Assembly: GCA_964425605.1 (NCBI GenBank)
Contig: CAYRNR010000028.1
Span: 2,069-66,068, forward strand
Origin: an uncultured Rickettsiales bacterium
GTDB lineage: Bacteria > Myxococcota_A > UBA796 > UBA9615 > CAYRNR01
Reading direction: 5' to 3'
DNA length: 64,000 nt
Under the pieces are notes generated by a model, which was given only the letters and a program-made list of their open reading frames with translations, did not search any database and was not told the origin of the DNA. This document shows, piece after piece, positions 16,942 to 25,942 of the stretch (position 1 is its first letter; each line of letters begins with the position of its first letter). Both the position numbers and the translations under genes were made by a program.

Positions 16942-18366
16942 TCACTTGTTGAAGACACCCACCAGCGTCGGTCCGCGCTGCCAGCAGGTCAACAGGACGC
17001 CAGCGCCGCCGTCCGCGTCCGTCAGGAGGTCCTCCTGGCACCAGGTGCTCCCGCCCTCGGTGTCGTGTACGTCGATGCGCAGGTTCTCCACCGTGGCGAG
17101 CACTCCGGGAGGATCGCCGGCCAGGAGGCCCGTGAGGTCCTCGGGCTGGATCGCGGCGATCATCTCGGGGCTCATGCGCGCGCCGATGGCCTCGATGTCG
17201 CAGTCGCGCTCGGCCGCCCGGCACAGCAATGCGTCACGCGCAGGTGTGATGGGATCGCCCCAGCCTCCCAGCGTTCCGTCTTCAGCGACCAGCGCGTGCG
17301 CCTCCGACGCCAGGTCCGTTCCATTGGCGCTGGCGATCACCCAGCTGGACAGCAGTTCGAGGAATCCGCTGTGGACGACCAGCTCGAAGGTCGAGGGATC
17401 GAGGCCCACCAGAGCGTGGGAGGTACGGGGTACGGTGGCGTAGAGGTCACCTTTTCGTGCGCCGCGCCAGGTTCGGATGTTCTCCAGGTGGGGATCTGCG
17501 GGGAGGTTGCGGTCGAACCCTCCCGTGAACGCCGCCACCGGGATATCCAGAGCCTTGAGTCGCTCTCGCAGGGCGATCTTGTGGCCGAACCACGAGGTCC
17601 AGAATGTCGCGGAGATACCCTCGTGGGGTTCGGTTCTCGTTCCAGCGGCCATGGAGGCAGCGAATTCCGCCTGTTCGTCCACGGTGGCGCGTAACTCGGC
17701 GATCTTGGCCTCGTCTCTCTTTTCCAGTGACAACTGGTAGCGGAGCAGCCGCTCGTGTTGCGAGGAGTGGTCGAGGTGGGGATCCTCGGCCGCCGGGCAG
17801 CCGAGCAACACGACACCTGCGACGCCGGGTTCCAGCTGGGCGACGACCGGAGCGAGCACGGCCCCCTGGCTGTGGCCGAGGACGACGATCGCGTCCGGGC
17901 GTATCTCGGGGCGTTCCCGGAGCCAGGCCACTGCCGCCTTCGCGTCCTCGGCGAAGAGGTCGAGGGTGGCGGTGTCCACGTCCCAGTCGAATTCTTTTTT
18001 GCTACAGGTCCCTCCGCTATTCGAACCGATACATGTTCGCTTGTCGTATCGCATGGATGCGACACCTGTCCCCGCCAGCGTCTCTGCGATCCTTGCGAAG
18101 AGTGGAACAGGATGAGCCGCGTGGTAGTACAGCAGACTTCCCGACGAGTTCTCGTCCCGGCTCTGTGGGCCCGAACCGTGGATCATGAGGACCACCGGGA
18201 AAGGACCGTCGCCCAGCGGCAGGGTCAAGGTCCCGTGAAGCGCCGCCCCATCGGTGGGATTCGAGAACGTGACATCGAGATCCCTGGATTCGGGCGTTTG
18301 TTCCGCCACGGCAACCGTGGCGATCGCGAGCGCGAACACAGCCAGGACGAAGCGGTTGGTTCCCAT
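16942..18366 (-). CDS. Secreted alpha/beta hydrolase
   Basis: Signal peptide MGTNRFVLAVFALAIATVAVA. Also HGSGPQSRD and the nucleophile elbow GHSQG. Confidence 0.7.
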   Translation of the reverse strand: MGTNRFVLAVFALAIATVAVAEQTPESRDLDVTFSNPTDGAALHGTLTLPLGDGPFPVVLMIHGSGPQSRDENSSGSLLYYHAAHPVPLFARIAETLAGTGVASMRYDKRTCIGSNSGGTCSKKEFDWDVDTATLDLFAEDAKAAVAWLRERPEIRPDAIVVLGHSQGAVLAPVVAQLEPGVAGVVLLGCPAAEDPHLDHSSQHERLLRYQLSLEKRDEAKIAELRATVDEQAEFAASMAAGTRTEPHEGISATFWTSWFGHKIALRERLKALDIPVAAFTGGFDRNLPADPHLENIRTWRGARKGDLYATVPRTSHALVGLDPSTFELVVHSGFLELLSSWVIASANGTDLASEAHALVAEDGTLGGWGDPITPARDALLCRAAERDCDIEAIGARMSPEMIAAIQPEDLTGLLAGDPPGVLATVENLRIDVHDTEGGSTWCQEDLLTDADGGAGVLLTCWQRGPTLVGVFNK

Positions 18367-18391
18367 GCGGACAGGCTACATCAGCCGACGC

Positions 18392-18430
18392 AAAAAAAAA
18401 GGGGAAGGCGCCCGGCGCAGCGCCTTCCCC
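18392..18430 (-). terminator. Rho-independent terminator downstream of ftsZ
   Basis: The minus strand reads GGGGAAGGCG-(10 nt loop)-CGCCTTCCCC followed by T9. On the plus strand this is A9 at 18392-18400 and the hairpin at 18401-18430. Confidence 0.75.
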
Positions 18431-18588
18431 CTGGTCGGGGAACAACCTCAGCTTCAGCTCAGCTTCTACGTCAACTTTGCGCCCGGCTGCTTCTACCTCC
18501 GTGTCTGCCTGCTCCCCGGGGTCTCCCCTGGCCACCGCACGCCCCGGTCATCTTCTCGGTCCTCTCGTGTTCCCGACTCCGCGCGGAC

Positions 18589-19851
18589 TCAGTCCGCGAT
18601 CTTCCTCATGTAGGCAGGACGATCGAGCTCGTCCATGTCCAGGTCCATCTGGTTGTCCAGGACGGCCTGCTTGTCCCGTTCGAGGACCCGTGTCTCCTCG
18701 ACGGGGGGGGCCGCGTACTCGCGGGTGATGCGCTGCTCTCGCACGGCCGTGGGGAGGTCCAGGGGATCCCTGGCGCCTGCCCACGGGGTGACGGGCTGGG
18801 TGCGCGGCGGTACGGGCTTGAACACGCCGCTGATGGGCGGCGCGCTGGGGTTGACGACCTGCTCCTCCTGGGCGAAGCCGGTGGCGATGACGGTGACCTG
18901 CACCTCGTCGCCCATGGAGTCGTCGATGACCCAGCCGAAGATGATCTCGGCGTCCTCGTGGGCCTCTTCCTGGATCAGCGTCGCGGCCTCGTTGACCTCG
19001 TAGAGCTTGAGGTCGCTGTTGCCGGTGATGTTGATCAGGATGCCGGTGGCGCCGGTGATGCTGATCTCGTCCAGCAGGGGGCTGGAGATGGCGCGCTGGG
19101 CAGCCTCGACGGCCTTGAGCTTGCCGCTCGCGGCGCCAAAGCCCATCAGCGCGAGGCCCTGGTTGCTCATCACGGTGCGGACGTCGGCGAAGTCCACGTT
19201 GATGATGCCCTTGACCTGGATGAGCTCGACGATGCCCTTGACGGCATGTAGCAGGACCTCGTCGGCCTTGCGGAAGGCGTCCATCATGGAGGTCTGCTCG
19301 CCCGCGATGCTGAGCAGGCGCTGGTTGGGGATCACGATGAGCGTGTCCACGACCTCGCGCAGCTCCCGGATGCCGGCCTCGGCCTGGCGGCGGCGCTTCT
19401 TGCCCTCGAAATTGAAGGGCTTGGTGACGACGCCGACGGTCAGCGCGCCGATCTCCTTGGCGGCTGCGGCGATGACTGGAGCCGCGCCGGTGCCCGTGCC
19501 ACCACCCATACCGGCGGTGACGAAGACCATGTTGGCGCCGTCCAGCTGCTCCTTGACGGTCTCGATGCTCTCGATGGCCGACTCGCGACCCACCTCGGGG
19601 CGAGCACCGGCGCCGAGGCCGCCGGTGATGTCGGTGCCGATCTGAATCTTCTCGGTGACCTTCAGCTCCCGGAGCGCCTGAGCATCGGTGTTCGTGGCGA
19701 TGAACTGGCATCCGCGGAGGCCGGAGTCCACCATGGTGTTGACTGCGTTGCCGCCCCCGCCACCCACGCCGACCACCTTGAGGTTGACGAGGTCGTCACC
19801 CTGGGGCGTCGGGGACCGGACCTCCGGCATGTCTGCAAAAGAAATCGTCAT
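18589..19851 (-). CDS. ftsZ: Cell division protein FtsZ
   Basis: Distal 420 codons of track ORF 18589..20622. Start [11 protein letters not shown]. Motifs: [25 protein letters not shown]-terminal peptide [14 protein letters not shown]. Confidence 0.95.
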   Translation of the reverse strand: MTISFADMPEVRSPTPQGDDLVNLKVVGVGGGGGNAVNTMVDSGLRGCQFIATNTDAQALRELKVTEKIQIGTDITGGLGAGARPEVGRESAIESIETVKEQLDGANMVFVTAGMGGGTGTGAAPVIAAAAKEIGALTVGVVTKPFNFEGKKRRRQAEAGIRELREVVDTLIVIPNQRLLSIAGEQTSMMDAFRKADEVLLHAVKGIVELIQVKGIINVDFADVRTVMSNQGLALMGFGAASGKLKAVEAAQRAISSPLLDEISITGATGILINITGNSDLKLYEVNEAATLIQEEAHEDAEIIFGWVIDDSMGDEVQVTVIATGFAQEEQVVNPSAPPISGVFKPVPPRTQPVTPWAGARDPLDLPTAVREQRITREYAAPPVEETRVLERDKQAVLDNQMDLDMDELDRPAYMRKIAD

Positions 19852-19901
19852 CAGCTTCCCCTGTCTCTTTATGTGCGTCTGCTTTCCGCCAGCTTCTCCG
19901 C

Positions 19902-21128
19902 CTAGAAGAATGCCTCGGTCCACTTCTTCATCCGGTCCTTGACTCCCTCGAAGAAGGAGGGGGATCGACCCCGGACCCGTTGTTCCTCTTGATCGTGGGC
20001 CTGACCGTACTTCACCAGCCCTGTCCCTGTAGCAAAGATGGGACTGGAGATGACCTCGGTCAGACCGGCTACACCTCTGGGTATCCCGCGCCGCGCCGGC
20101 ATCCCGAAGACCCGCTCGGCGAGCTCGGGCATGCCCGGCAGGATCACGGAGCCGCCGGTCAGGACCACCCCCGCGGGCAGGTGGTCTTCCCAGCCCGTGC
20201 GCGAGAGGTCCTGCTGGACCAGCGAGAAGATCTCGTTGACCCGTGGCTCGATGATCTCTGCCAGCGTCGTGCGGTTCGTCGTGCGGGTTCGAGACCCGCC
20301 GACCGACTCCACCTCGAAGCCCGAGTCGTCGTCGATGAGCGATGTCATCGCGCAACCGTGCTTCTGCTTGACCGTCTCGGCCTCGGTGGTGGGCGTCCGG
20401 AGGCCGTAGGCGATGTCGTGGGTGATGTGGTCGCCGCCCAGCGCCAGGACGCTGGTGTGCACGACCGCGCCGTCCACGAAGATCGCGATGTCCGTGGTGC
20501 CGCCGCCGATGTCCACGAGCATGACGCCGAGGTCTCGCTCGTCCGCGGTCAGCGCGGCCTCGCTGCTGGCCAACTGCTCGAGGACGATGTCCCTGACGTT
20601 CAGATTCGCCTTGTTGCAGCAATTGACGATGTTCTGCGCCGATGTGACAGCACCTGTGACGATGTGGACCTTGGCCGAGAGACGCACGCCGCGCATGCCG
20701 CGGGGGTCCTTGATGCCCTCCAGATCGTCGACTATGTACTCCTGCGGGATGATGTGGATGAGTTCCCGGTCCATGGGGATGGCCACGGCCTGGGCCGTGT
20801 CCAGGACGCGACCCACGTCGAGGTCCGTGACCTCGCGGTCCTTGATCGCCACCGTACCCTGGGAGTTCAGCGAGCGGATGTGACCGCCGGCGATGCCCAC
20901 GAACACCGAGGTGATCTCGGCGCCCGCCATCAGCTCGGCCTCCTCGACCGCCTTCTTGATGGACTCCACCGTGGCCTCGATGTTGATGACCACACCCTTG
21001 CGCAGGCCCTTGCTCGGGTGCGTGCCGATCCCCACGACCTCGAGGCCCTTGTCGGTCTCCTCACCCACGATACAGGCGATTTTCGTGGTACCGATGTCGA
21101 GGCCCACGATGAGGTTCTGCTTGCTCAC
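19902..21128 (-). CDS. ftsA: Cell division protein FtsA
   Basis: Actin-like ATPase: [31 protein letters not shown]. Position in the dcw cluster supports the call. Confidence 0.93.
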   Translation of the reverse strand: MSKQNLIVGLDIGTTKIACIVGEETDKGLEVVGIGTHPSKGLRKGVVINIEATVESIKKAVEEAELMAGAEITSVFVGIAGGHIRSLNSQGTVAIKDREVTDLDVGRVLDTAQAVAIPMDRELIHIIPQEYIVDDLEGIKDPRGMRGVRLSAKVHIVTGAVTSAQNIVNCCNKANLNVRDIVLEQLASSEAALTADERDLGVMLVDIGGGTTDIAIFVDGAVVHTSVLALGGDHITHDIAYGLRTPTTEAETVKQKHGCAMTSLIDDDSGFEVESVGGSRTRTTNRTTLAEIIEPRVNEIFSLVQQDLSRTGWEDHLPAGVVLTGGSVILPGMPELAERVFGMPARRGIPRGVAGLTEVISSPIFATGTGLVKYGQAHDQEEQRVRGRSPSFFEGVKDRMKKWTEAFF

Positions 21129-22540
21129 AGCTCGGCCCTCCAGGTGGCCACCACCTGGTTTCGCAGCGCCAGGTCCAACCGGGAGACGTCGTCCAGCGCG
21201 ACCATCTCCCGGTCCAGCAATTCGTCCAGCCGCTGCAGTCCCATCTCGTAACTGCTCTCGTCCAGGTGCAACGTCGCGCCGCTGTCGGCCAGCACCACGT
21301 CGAAGCCGCCGTGGTCGAGCACCCTGAGTTCTCCGATGTCGGCCTCGTCCAGGTGGCTGCTCTCGCCCACCGCGTCGACGACCTCGAGGGCCTTGCGGAG
21401 GCGCTCGCGGCTACCCACGGGATCCACGCCGCGGTCGTCCACGCTCACCCCGCTGACCACGGGCATGTCCATCCACTCACCCGCGACGACCGGCTTGAAC
21501 ACCTCGGCGTTGCGGTCCACGAACCACAGCTGGCCGTCGGCCAGCAAGGACACCGGCTCGCGTTCCGTGACGTTGATGGCCAGCCGGTCGGGGTAGGCGC
21601 GGCGAAGGGACACCGACTCCACCCACTCGATCTTCTGGATCTCGTCTGCGGCCGTCGCCAGATCCACGGTGACCAGGTTGTCGCCCAGCTCCACTCCGCT
21701 GGCCGCGAGCAACTCCTGGCGATCCACCCGCTCGTTGCCGCGCACGTCCATCTCGGTCAGGCTCAGCATCGAACTCTCGCGCACGGCCTGGGGTCCGAAC
21801 ATGGCGCCCGCGGCCACGGTCGCCCAGGTGCCGCTGATGACCACCCCCTTGGCGCCGGCGCTCGCCACGTCTCGCCAGCTCGGACGGGACAGGAAACCAC
21901 CGTCGCGCTGGCGATCGATCCCCTGGGTGATACCGCCGAGGAAGCGGATCCAGGCCCGCTTGCCCGCGGCCATCCCCTGCTCCAGGTCCGGGAACCCGTC
22001 GCGCATGTCCTCGGCCTGGTTGCGCAATCCGACCCGGGTGCGGACCGCCACGCGGCGCCCCACGCGGGCGGACGTCACGGCGCCGTTCACGCCCAGCCTG
22101 GCCGAGGTCCGGACGCCCCAGCGGACACGGGGCGACAGCACCACTGCGGCCTTTCGCAGGCCCAGGGCTGTCGCACGGATGCCCCGCCAGAGCAGCCCTG
22201 CGGTCGCCACGACCACCACTGCGACCAGGCCCGCTGCGCGGGTCGTGACGGTGGCCAGGGTGGATCCGAACCACCCGGTGCTCTTGACCAGGTGCCGCCC
22301 GAGGTCCACCAGCAGCTCGAGCCCGGCCTCGGCGAACTCCCCGAGGCGCTGGCTGCCGAGGCCGCCCGCCTGCCGGAAGCTGTCCGACGGCTGGTTCCGG
22401 GCCAGGGGCGGATTGAGCTTCTCGGCGCGCGCGCGGCGCGTTCGCGCAGGCTTGCGCTCCCGCCGGCCGCCCACCGGCGCCTTCTGCCGCAGCTTGCGGT
22501 TGGAGTTCCGCCGAACGGTCTGGCTGTCCAGGACGCTCAT
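21125..22540 (-). CDS. ftsQ: Cell division protein FtsQ with a long Arg-rich N-terminal extension
   Basis: ATG 22540 overlaps the ddl stop. POTRA/FtsQ region: LTEMDVRGNERVDRQELLAASGVELGDNLVTVDL...IEWVESVSLRRAYPDRLAINVTEREP. About 225 residues precede the TM helix that abuts POTRA. Confidence 0.85.
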   Translation of the reverse strand: MSVLDSQTVRRNSNRKLRQKAPVGGRRERKPARTRRARAEKLNPPLARNQPSDSFRQAGGLGSQRLGEFAEAGLELLVDLGRHLVKSTGWFGSTLATVTTRAAGLVAVVVVATAGLLWRGIRATALGLRKAAVVLSPRVRWGVRTSARLGVNGAVTSARVGRRVAVRTRVGLRNQAEDMRDGFPDLEQGMAAGKRAWIRFLGGITQGIDRQRDGGFLSRPSWRDVASAGAKGVVISGTWATVAAGAMFGPQAVRESSMLSLTEMDVRGNERVDRQELLAASGVELGDNLVTVDLATAADEIQKIEWVESVSLRRAYPDRLAINVTEREPVSLLADGQLWFVDRNAEVFKPVVAGEWMDMPVVSGVSVDDRGVDPVGSRERLRKALEVVDAVGESSHLDEADIGELRVLDHGGFDVVLADSGATLHLDESSYEMGLQRLDELLDREMVALDDVSRLDLALRNQVVATWRAEL

Positions 22541-23472
22541 GCCTCCCTCCCCGCGGTCTCGAGACGAGCCGTCGAGAGGATCCGCTCCGCCAGATCCTCG
22601 AAGGTGAGCCCGGCCTCCCTGGCCGCCATGGGGACCAGGGACAGCTCGGTCATGCCGGGCACGGTGTTGACCTCGAGCAGCACGGGATCCGCGCCGCCGC
22701 CGAGCAGGAAGTCCACCCGCGCCACCCCTTCCACGCCGAGCAGGTCACAGGCCTGGCTCGCCATGGTCCGGAGGTGGGCGGACATCTCCTCGTCGATCTC
22801 GGCCGGACAGATGTAGGAGGTCCGGCCGGACGTGTACTTGTTGGTGTAGTCGTAAAAACCCTGATGGGGCCGGATCTCCACCGGCGGCAAGGCCTCGCCG
22901 TCGAGGAAGCTGACCGTGACCTCGGGGCCGGCCACGAACGTCTCCACCAGCACCTGCCCCAGGGGGGCGGCGGCGCGCAGGGCCTCGACGAGTTCGTCCG
23001 CGTCGCGAGCGATGGAGATGCCCACGCTCGAACCCTGGGCAGCGGGCTTGACCACCACCGGCAGGTCCAGCGGCAGCTCGGTGGCGCTCAGGGCCTCTTC
23101 CGGCGACAGCACCACGTCTGCGGCGACAGGCATCCCGGCCGACGCCAGGATGCGCTTGGTCAACACCTTGTCCATGGCCACGGCCGAGGCCCGAACAGAG
23201 GAACCGGTGTAGGGGATCCCCATCACCTCGAGCAGTCCCTGGACGCAGCCGTCCTCGCCAAAGGTACCGTGGAGCATGATCACGGCCACGTCAGCGCCAG
23301 CATCCAGGAGCTGCTGGGCCAGGTTCCGGCCCGCGTCGATCTCCACCACCTGGTGACCGCGAGAACGCAGCGCCTCGGCCACGGCGCTGCCGCTGGCCAG
23401 GGACACCTCACGCTCGCTGCTCATCCCTCCCAGGAGCACAGCGACCGTCTTGTCTCGCGTTCTTGTTTTCAT
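22537..23472 (-). CDS. ddl: D-alanine--D-alanine ligase
   Basis: Track ORF 22537..23493. ATG 23472 gives MKTRTRDKTVAVLLGGMSSEREVSLASG. ATP-grasp motifs are present (LHGTFGEDG, EVNTVPGMT). Confidence 0.92.
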   Translation of the reverse strand: MKTRTRDKTVAVLLGGMSSEREVSLASGSAVAEALRSRGHQVVEIDAGRNLAQQLLDAGADVAVIMLHGTFGEDGCVQGLLEVMGIPYTGSSVRASAVAMDKVLTKRILASAGMPVAADVVLSPEEALSATELPLDLPVVVKPAAQGSSVGISIARDADELVEALRAAAPLGQVLVETFVAGPEVTVSFLDGEALPPVEIRPHQGFYDYTNKYTSGRTSYICPAEIDEEMSAHLRTMASQACDLLGVEGVARVDFLLGGGADPVLLEVNTVPGMTELSLVPMAAREAGLTFEDLAERILSTARLETAGREA

Positions 23473-23506
23473 GGACCCGCCACCAGCTTCCACCGCAATT
23501 CGATCA

Positions 23507-23599
23507 TGGTAAAAAACGTCGATATTGTCAAACTATCCCGCGCCTGACCGCGGCGTTTTTTACCACTGGCTCTGCGCCTACCCCTGGCGTTTTTTACCA
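23507..23599. repeat. Three copies of an AT-rich 12-mer (TGGTAAAAAACG / CGTTTTTTACCA) at the murB-ddl junction
   Basis: Plus-strand TGGTAAAAAACG at 23507-23518. Its reverse complement is at 23554-23565 and again at 23588-23599 (inside the murB 3' end). The first two form a perfect 12-bp inverted repeat with a 35-nt spacer. The spacer contains TTGACA (minus strand) and a CCGCG/CGCGG mini-hairpin. Confidence 0.85.
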
Positions 23600-24549
23600 T
23601 TGACTCGGTAAGCCTGTCCGAGCTCGATTCCTGCCCCTTTGATCGCACGCTTGACCACGTACCGGGTGAGCACTTGAAGGTCGTTGACCGTGCCCTCCCC
23701 GAGGTTGATCGCCATGTTCGGATCCGCCTCGTCGATGGCCACGTCCCGCAGGCGAATGCCGCGCGTCGCCACAGAATCCAGGACCTCGGTCGCCGTGGTC
23801 TCCTCGGGATCCTCGAACAGGCGGATTTTCCCCACAGCGCCTTCCGGCAGCTCCCCGGTGTCGTCCATGGGAAGACCCGCGAACAGATCGCCGGTCCGCG
23901 GAAAGCCAAAGCGCGCGCCAGAGATGGCCCAGCGCCGCTTGAGGGGGAACGCGCCCTCGACGTCGCCGAGCTCTGCGATCCCCTTCTCCACGCACTTCCC
24001 CCGGTCCGTGACCAGGAGCACCGTGGTCAGGCTCTCGGCCAGGCGGTCGAACCGCCGCCGGATCGCCCCGCCCACGGTGCCGCGGCTGGCCGCGAAGCTC
24101 TGGGGCGCGCTGGCGCCCGTCTGTGCTGCAGCGGCCGCCAGCTGCGCGAGGGACACGCCCGCGCCAGCGAGGAACGTCGCCCTGTCCGCAGGACCCGGAG
24201 CCCCGTCCTCCAGCTCGACGATCTCGTCCACGTCGGCGGAGACCACGGTCACACCGTCGAGACCACCACCACGGATCGCGAGGCCCCGACCGCGCCCAAG
24301 CACGGTGACCTTCACCTTTTCGCTGCGACACCAGCTCATCAGCCGCGCCAGGCCTTCGGCGTCGCGGGCTCGCACCAGCGCCTCGGCCGGCCCCCCGCAC
24401 CCGAAGGAGGTCCACCGCGCCAGGGGCTCGTCGAAGATCACGTCGCCCACGTCGAGCTGCACCAGGGCGGACCTCCGCGCCTCGTCCATGGGGGACGGGA
24501 GCTTGCGCCGGAGGGGCCGGCGGGATCTCCTGGCGGGCTCAGGCGTCAT
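23578..24549 (-). CDS. murB: MurB-like protein (UDP-N-acetylenolpyruvoylglucosamine reductase homolog, divergent)
   Basis: Sits in the murB slot of the dcw cluster. Recognisable MurB-like blocks: DEPLARWTSFGCGGPAEALV, ASRGTVGGA, IELGQAYRV. Several canonical motifs look substituted (see findings). Confidence 0.7.
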   Translation of the reverse strand: MTPEPARRSRRPLRRKLPSPMDEARRSALVQLDVGDVIFDEPLARWTSFGCGGPAEALVRARDAEGLARLMSWCRSEKVKVTVLGRGRGLAIRGGGLDGVTVVSADVDEIVELEDGAPGPADRATFLAGAGVSLAQLAAAAAQTGASAPQSFAASRGTVGGAIRRRFDRLAESLTTVLLVTDRGKCVEKGIAELGDVEGAFPLKRRWAISGARFGFPRTGDLFAGLPMDDTGELPEGAVGKIRLFEDPEETTATEVLDSVATRGIRLRDVAIDEADPNMAINLGEGTVNDLQVLTRYVVKRAIKGAGIELGQAYRVNGKKRQG

Positions 24550-25942
24550 CGTCCTCCTCGCTCCTGAGCTTCAGCCCCTCGAGCAGCTCCACCCCCACCT
24601 GGTTCACGTCGCCGGCGCCGAGGGTGATCACGATGTCGCCCTTCTTCACCATGCCCAGCAGGTGCTTCACGATCTCCTCGCGATCGGGCAGATAGAGGGA
24701 ATTCTTGTGACCGTGATCCCTCAGCCCGCGGTACAGCCCCTCCCCCGTGACCCCTTCGATGGGCCGCTCGCCCGCAGCGTAGATGTCGGTGACCACCAGC
24801 ATGTCGGTGTCGTTGAACGCGCTCATGAACTCGTCGTGGAGATCCTGCACGCGGGAGAACCTGTGGGGCTGGAACACGGTGATCACGCGCCGGCCGTACC
24901 CCTCGCGCGCCGCCTGCAACGTGGATCGGATCTCCACGGGGTGATGCCCGTAGTCGTCGATGACGGTCACGCCGCCCTCGGAGCCCAGGGAGGTGAACCG
25001 CCTCGACACGCCGTCGAAGTCGTTGATGGAGCGGCGGATCACCTTGAACGGGATGTCCACCTCCAGGCTGGCGGCCACCGCAGCCAGGGCGTTGAGCACG
25101 TTGTGCCGCCCCGGCATCTTCAGCTCGACCTTGCCCAGCCAGCGATCGTGGTGCATCACCGTGAACTGGCTCACACCGCCGCTGAAGTGCAGGTCCACCG
25201 CGTGCACCTCGGCCTGGCTCGACAGGCCGTAGGTGATGTACCGCTTGTGGATGTCCGGGATGATTTTCTGGATCACCGGATGATCCAGGCAGATCACGGC
25301 TGCGCCGTAGAACGGCACCTTGTTGATGAAGTCGAGGAACGCCTGGATCAGGGAATCGAAGTCCCCGTAGTGATCCATGTGCTCCCGGTCGATGTTCGTG
25401 ACCACGGCCACGGTGGGCGAGAGCTTGAGGAAGGACCCGTCGCTCTCGTCGGCCTCCGCCACCAGGTAGTCGCCGTCGCCGAGCTTGGCGTTGGTGCCGA
25501 TGGAGTTGAGCCGCCCGCCGACGACCACGGTGGGGTCCAGGTTGGCCGCGGCCAGACAGTGCGCCAGCATCGAGGTCGTGGTGGTCTTGCCGTGGCTGCC
25601 GGCCACGGCGAGGCCGTGCTTCATCCGCATGAGCTCGGCGAGCATCTCGGCGCGCGGGATCACCGGGATGCCCCTGTCCTGGGCGGCCAGGACCTCCGGG
25701 TTGCTCGACTGGACCGCGGTGCTGGTCACGACCACGTGGGCGGTGGCCACGTGGTCGGCGCTGTGACCGATCTGGACGATCGCGCCGAGGCCCTCCAGCC
25801 GCTCGGTGACCGCGCTTCGACGCAGGTCGGAGCCGGACACGTCGTATCCCAGGTTCAACAGCACCTCGGCGATACCGCTCATGCCGATGCCGCCGATGCC
25901 CACGAAGTGCACGCGCCGCGTACGGCGGAACAGGGCCTTCAT
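24539..25942 (-). CDS. murC: UDP-N-acetylmuramate--L-alanine ligase
   Basis: Track ORF 24539..26023. Start MKALFRRTRRVHFVGIGGIGMSGIAEVL at 25942. Contains GSHGKTTTTSM. Confidence 0.93.
   Translation of the reverse strand: MKALFRRTRRVHFVGIGGIGMSGIAEVLLNLGYDVSGSDLRRSAVTERLEGLGAIVQIGHSADHVATAHVVVTSTAVQSSNPEVLAAQDRGIPVIPRAEMLAELMRMKHGLAVAGSHGKTTTTSMLAHCLAAANLDPTVVVGGRLNSIGTNAKLGDGDYLVAEADESDGSFLKLSPTVAVVTNIDREHMDHYGDFDSLIQAFLDFINKVPFYGAAVICLDHPVIQKIIPDIHKRYITYGLSSQAEVHAVDLHFSGGVSQFTVMHHDRWLGKVELKMPGRHNVLNALAAVAASLEVDIPFKVIRRSINDFDGVSRRFTSLGSEGGVTVIDDYGHHPVEIRSTLQAAREGYGRRVITVFQPHRFSRVQDLHDEFMSAFNDTDMLVVTDIYAAGERPIEGVTGEGLYRGLRDHGHKNSLYLPDREEIVKHLLGMVKKGDIVITLGAGDVNQVGVELLEGLKLRSEEDDDA

Noticed and set aside
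18703-18710. G8 homopolymer inside the ftsZ linker region, considered as a possible phase-variation site.
   Set aside because: It encodes the Pro-Pro of an intact, essential gene. Nothing suggests variability, so I note it only as a possible sequencing-error hotspot.
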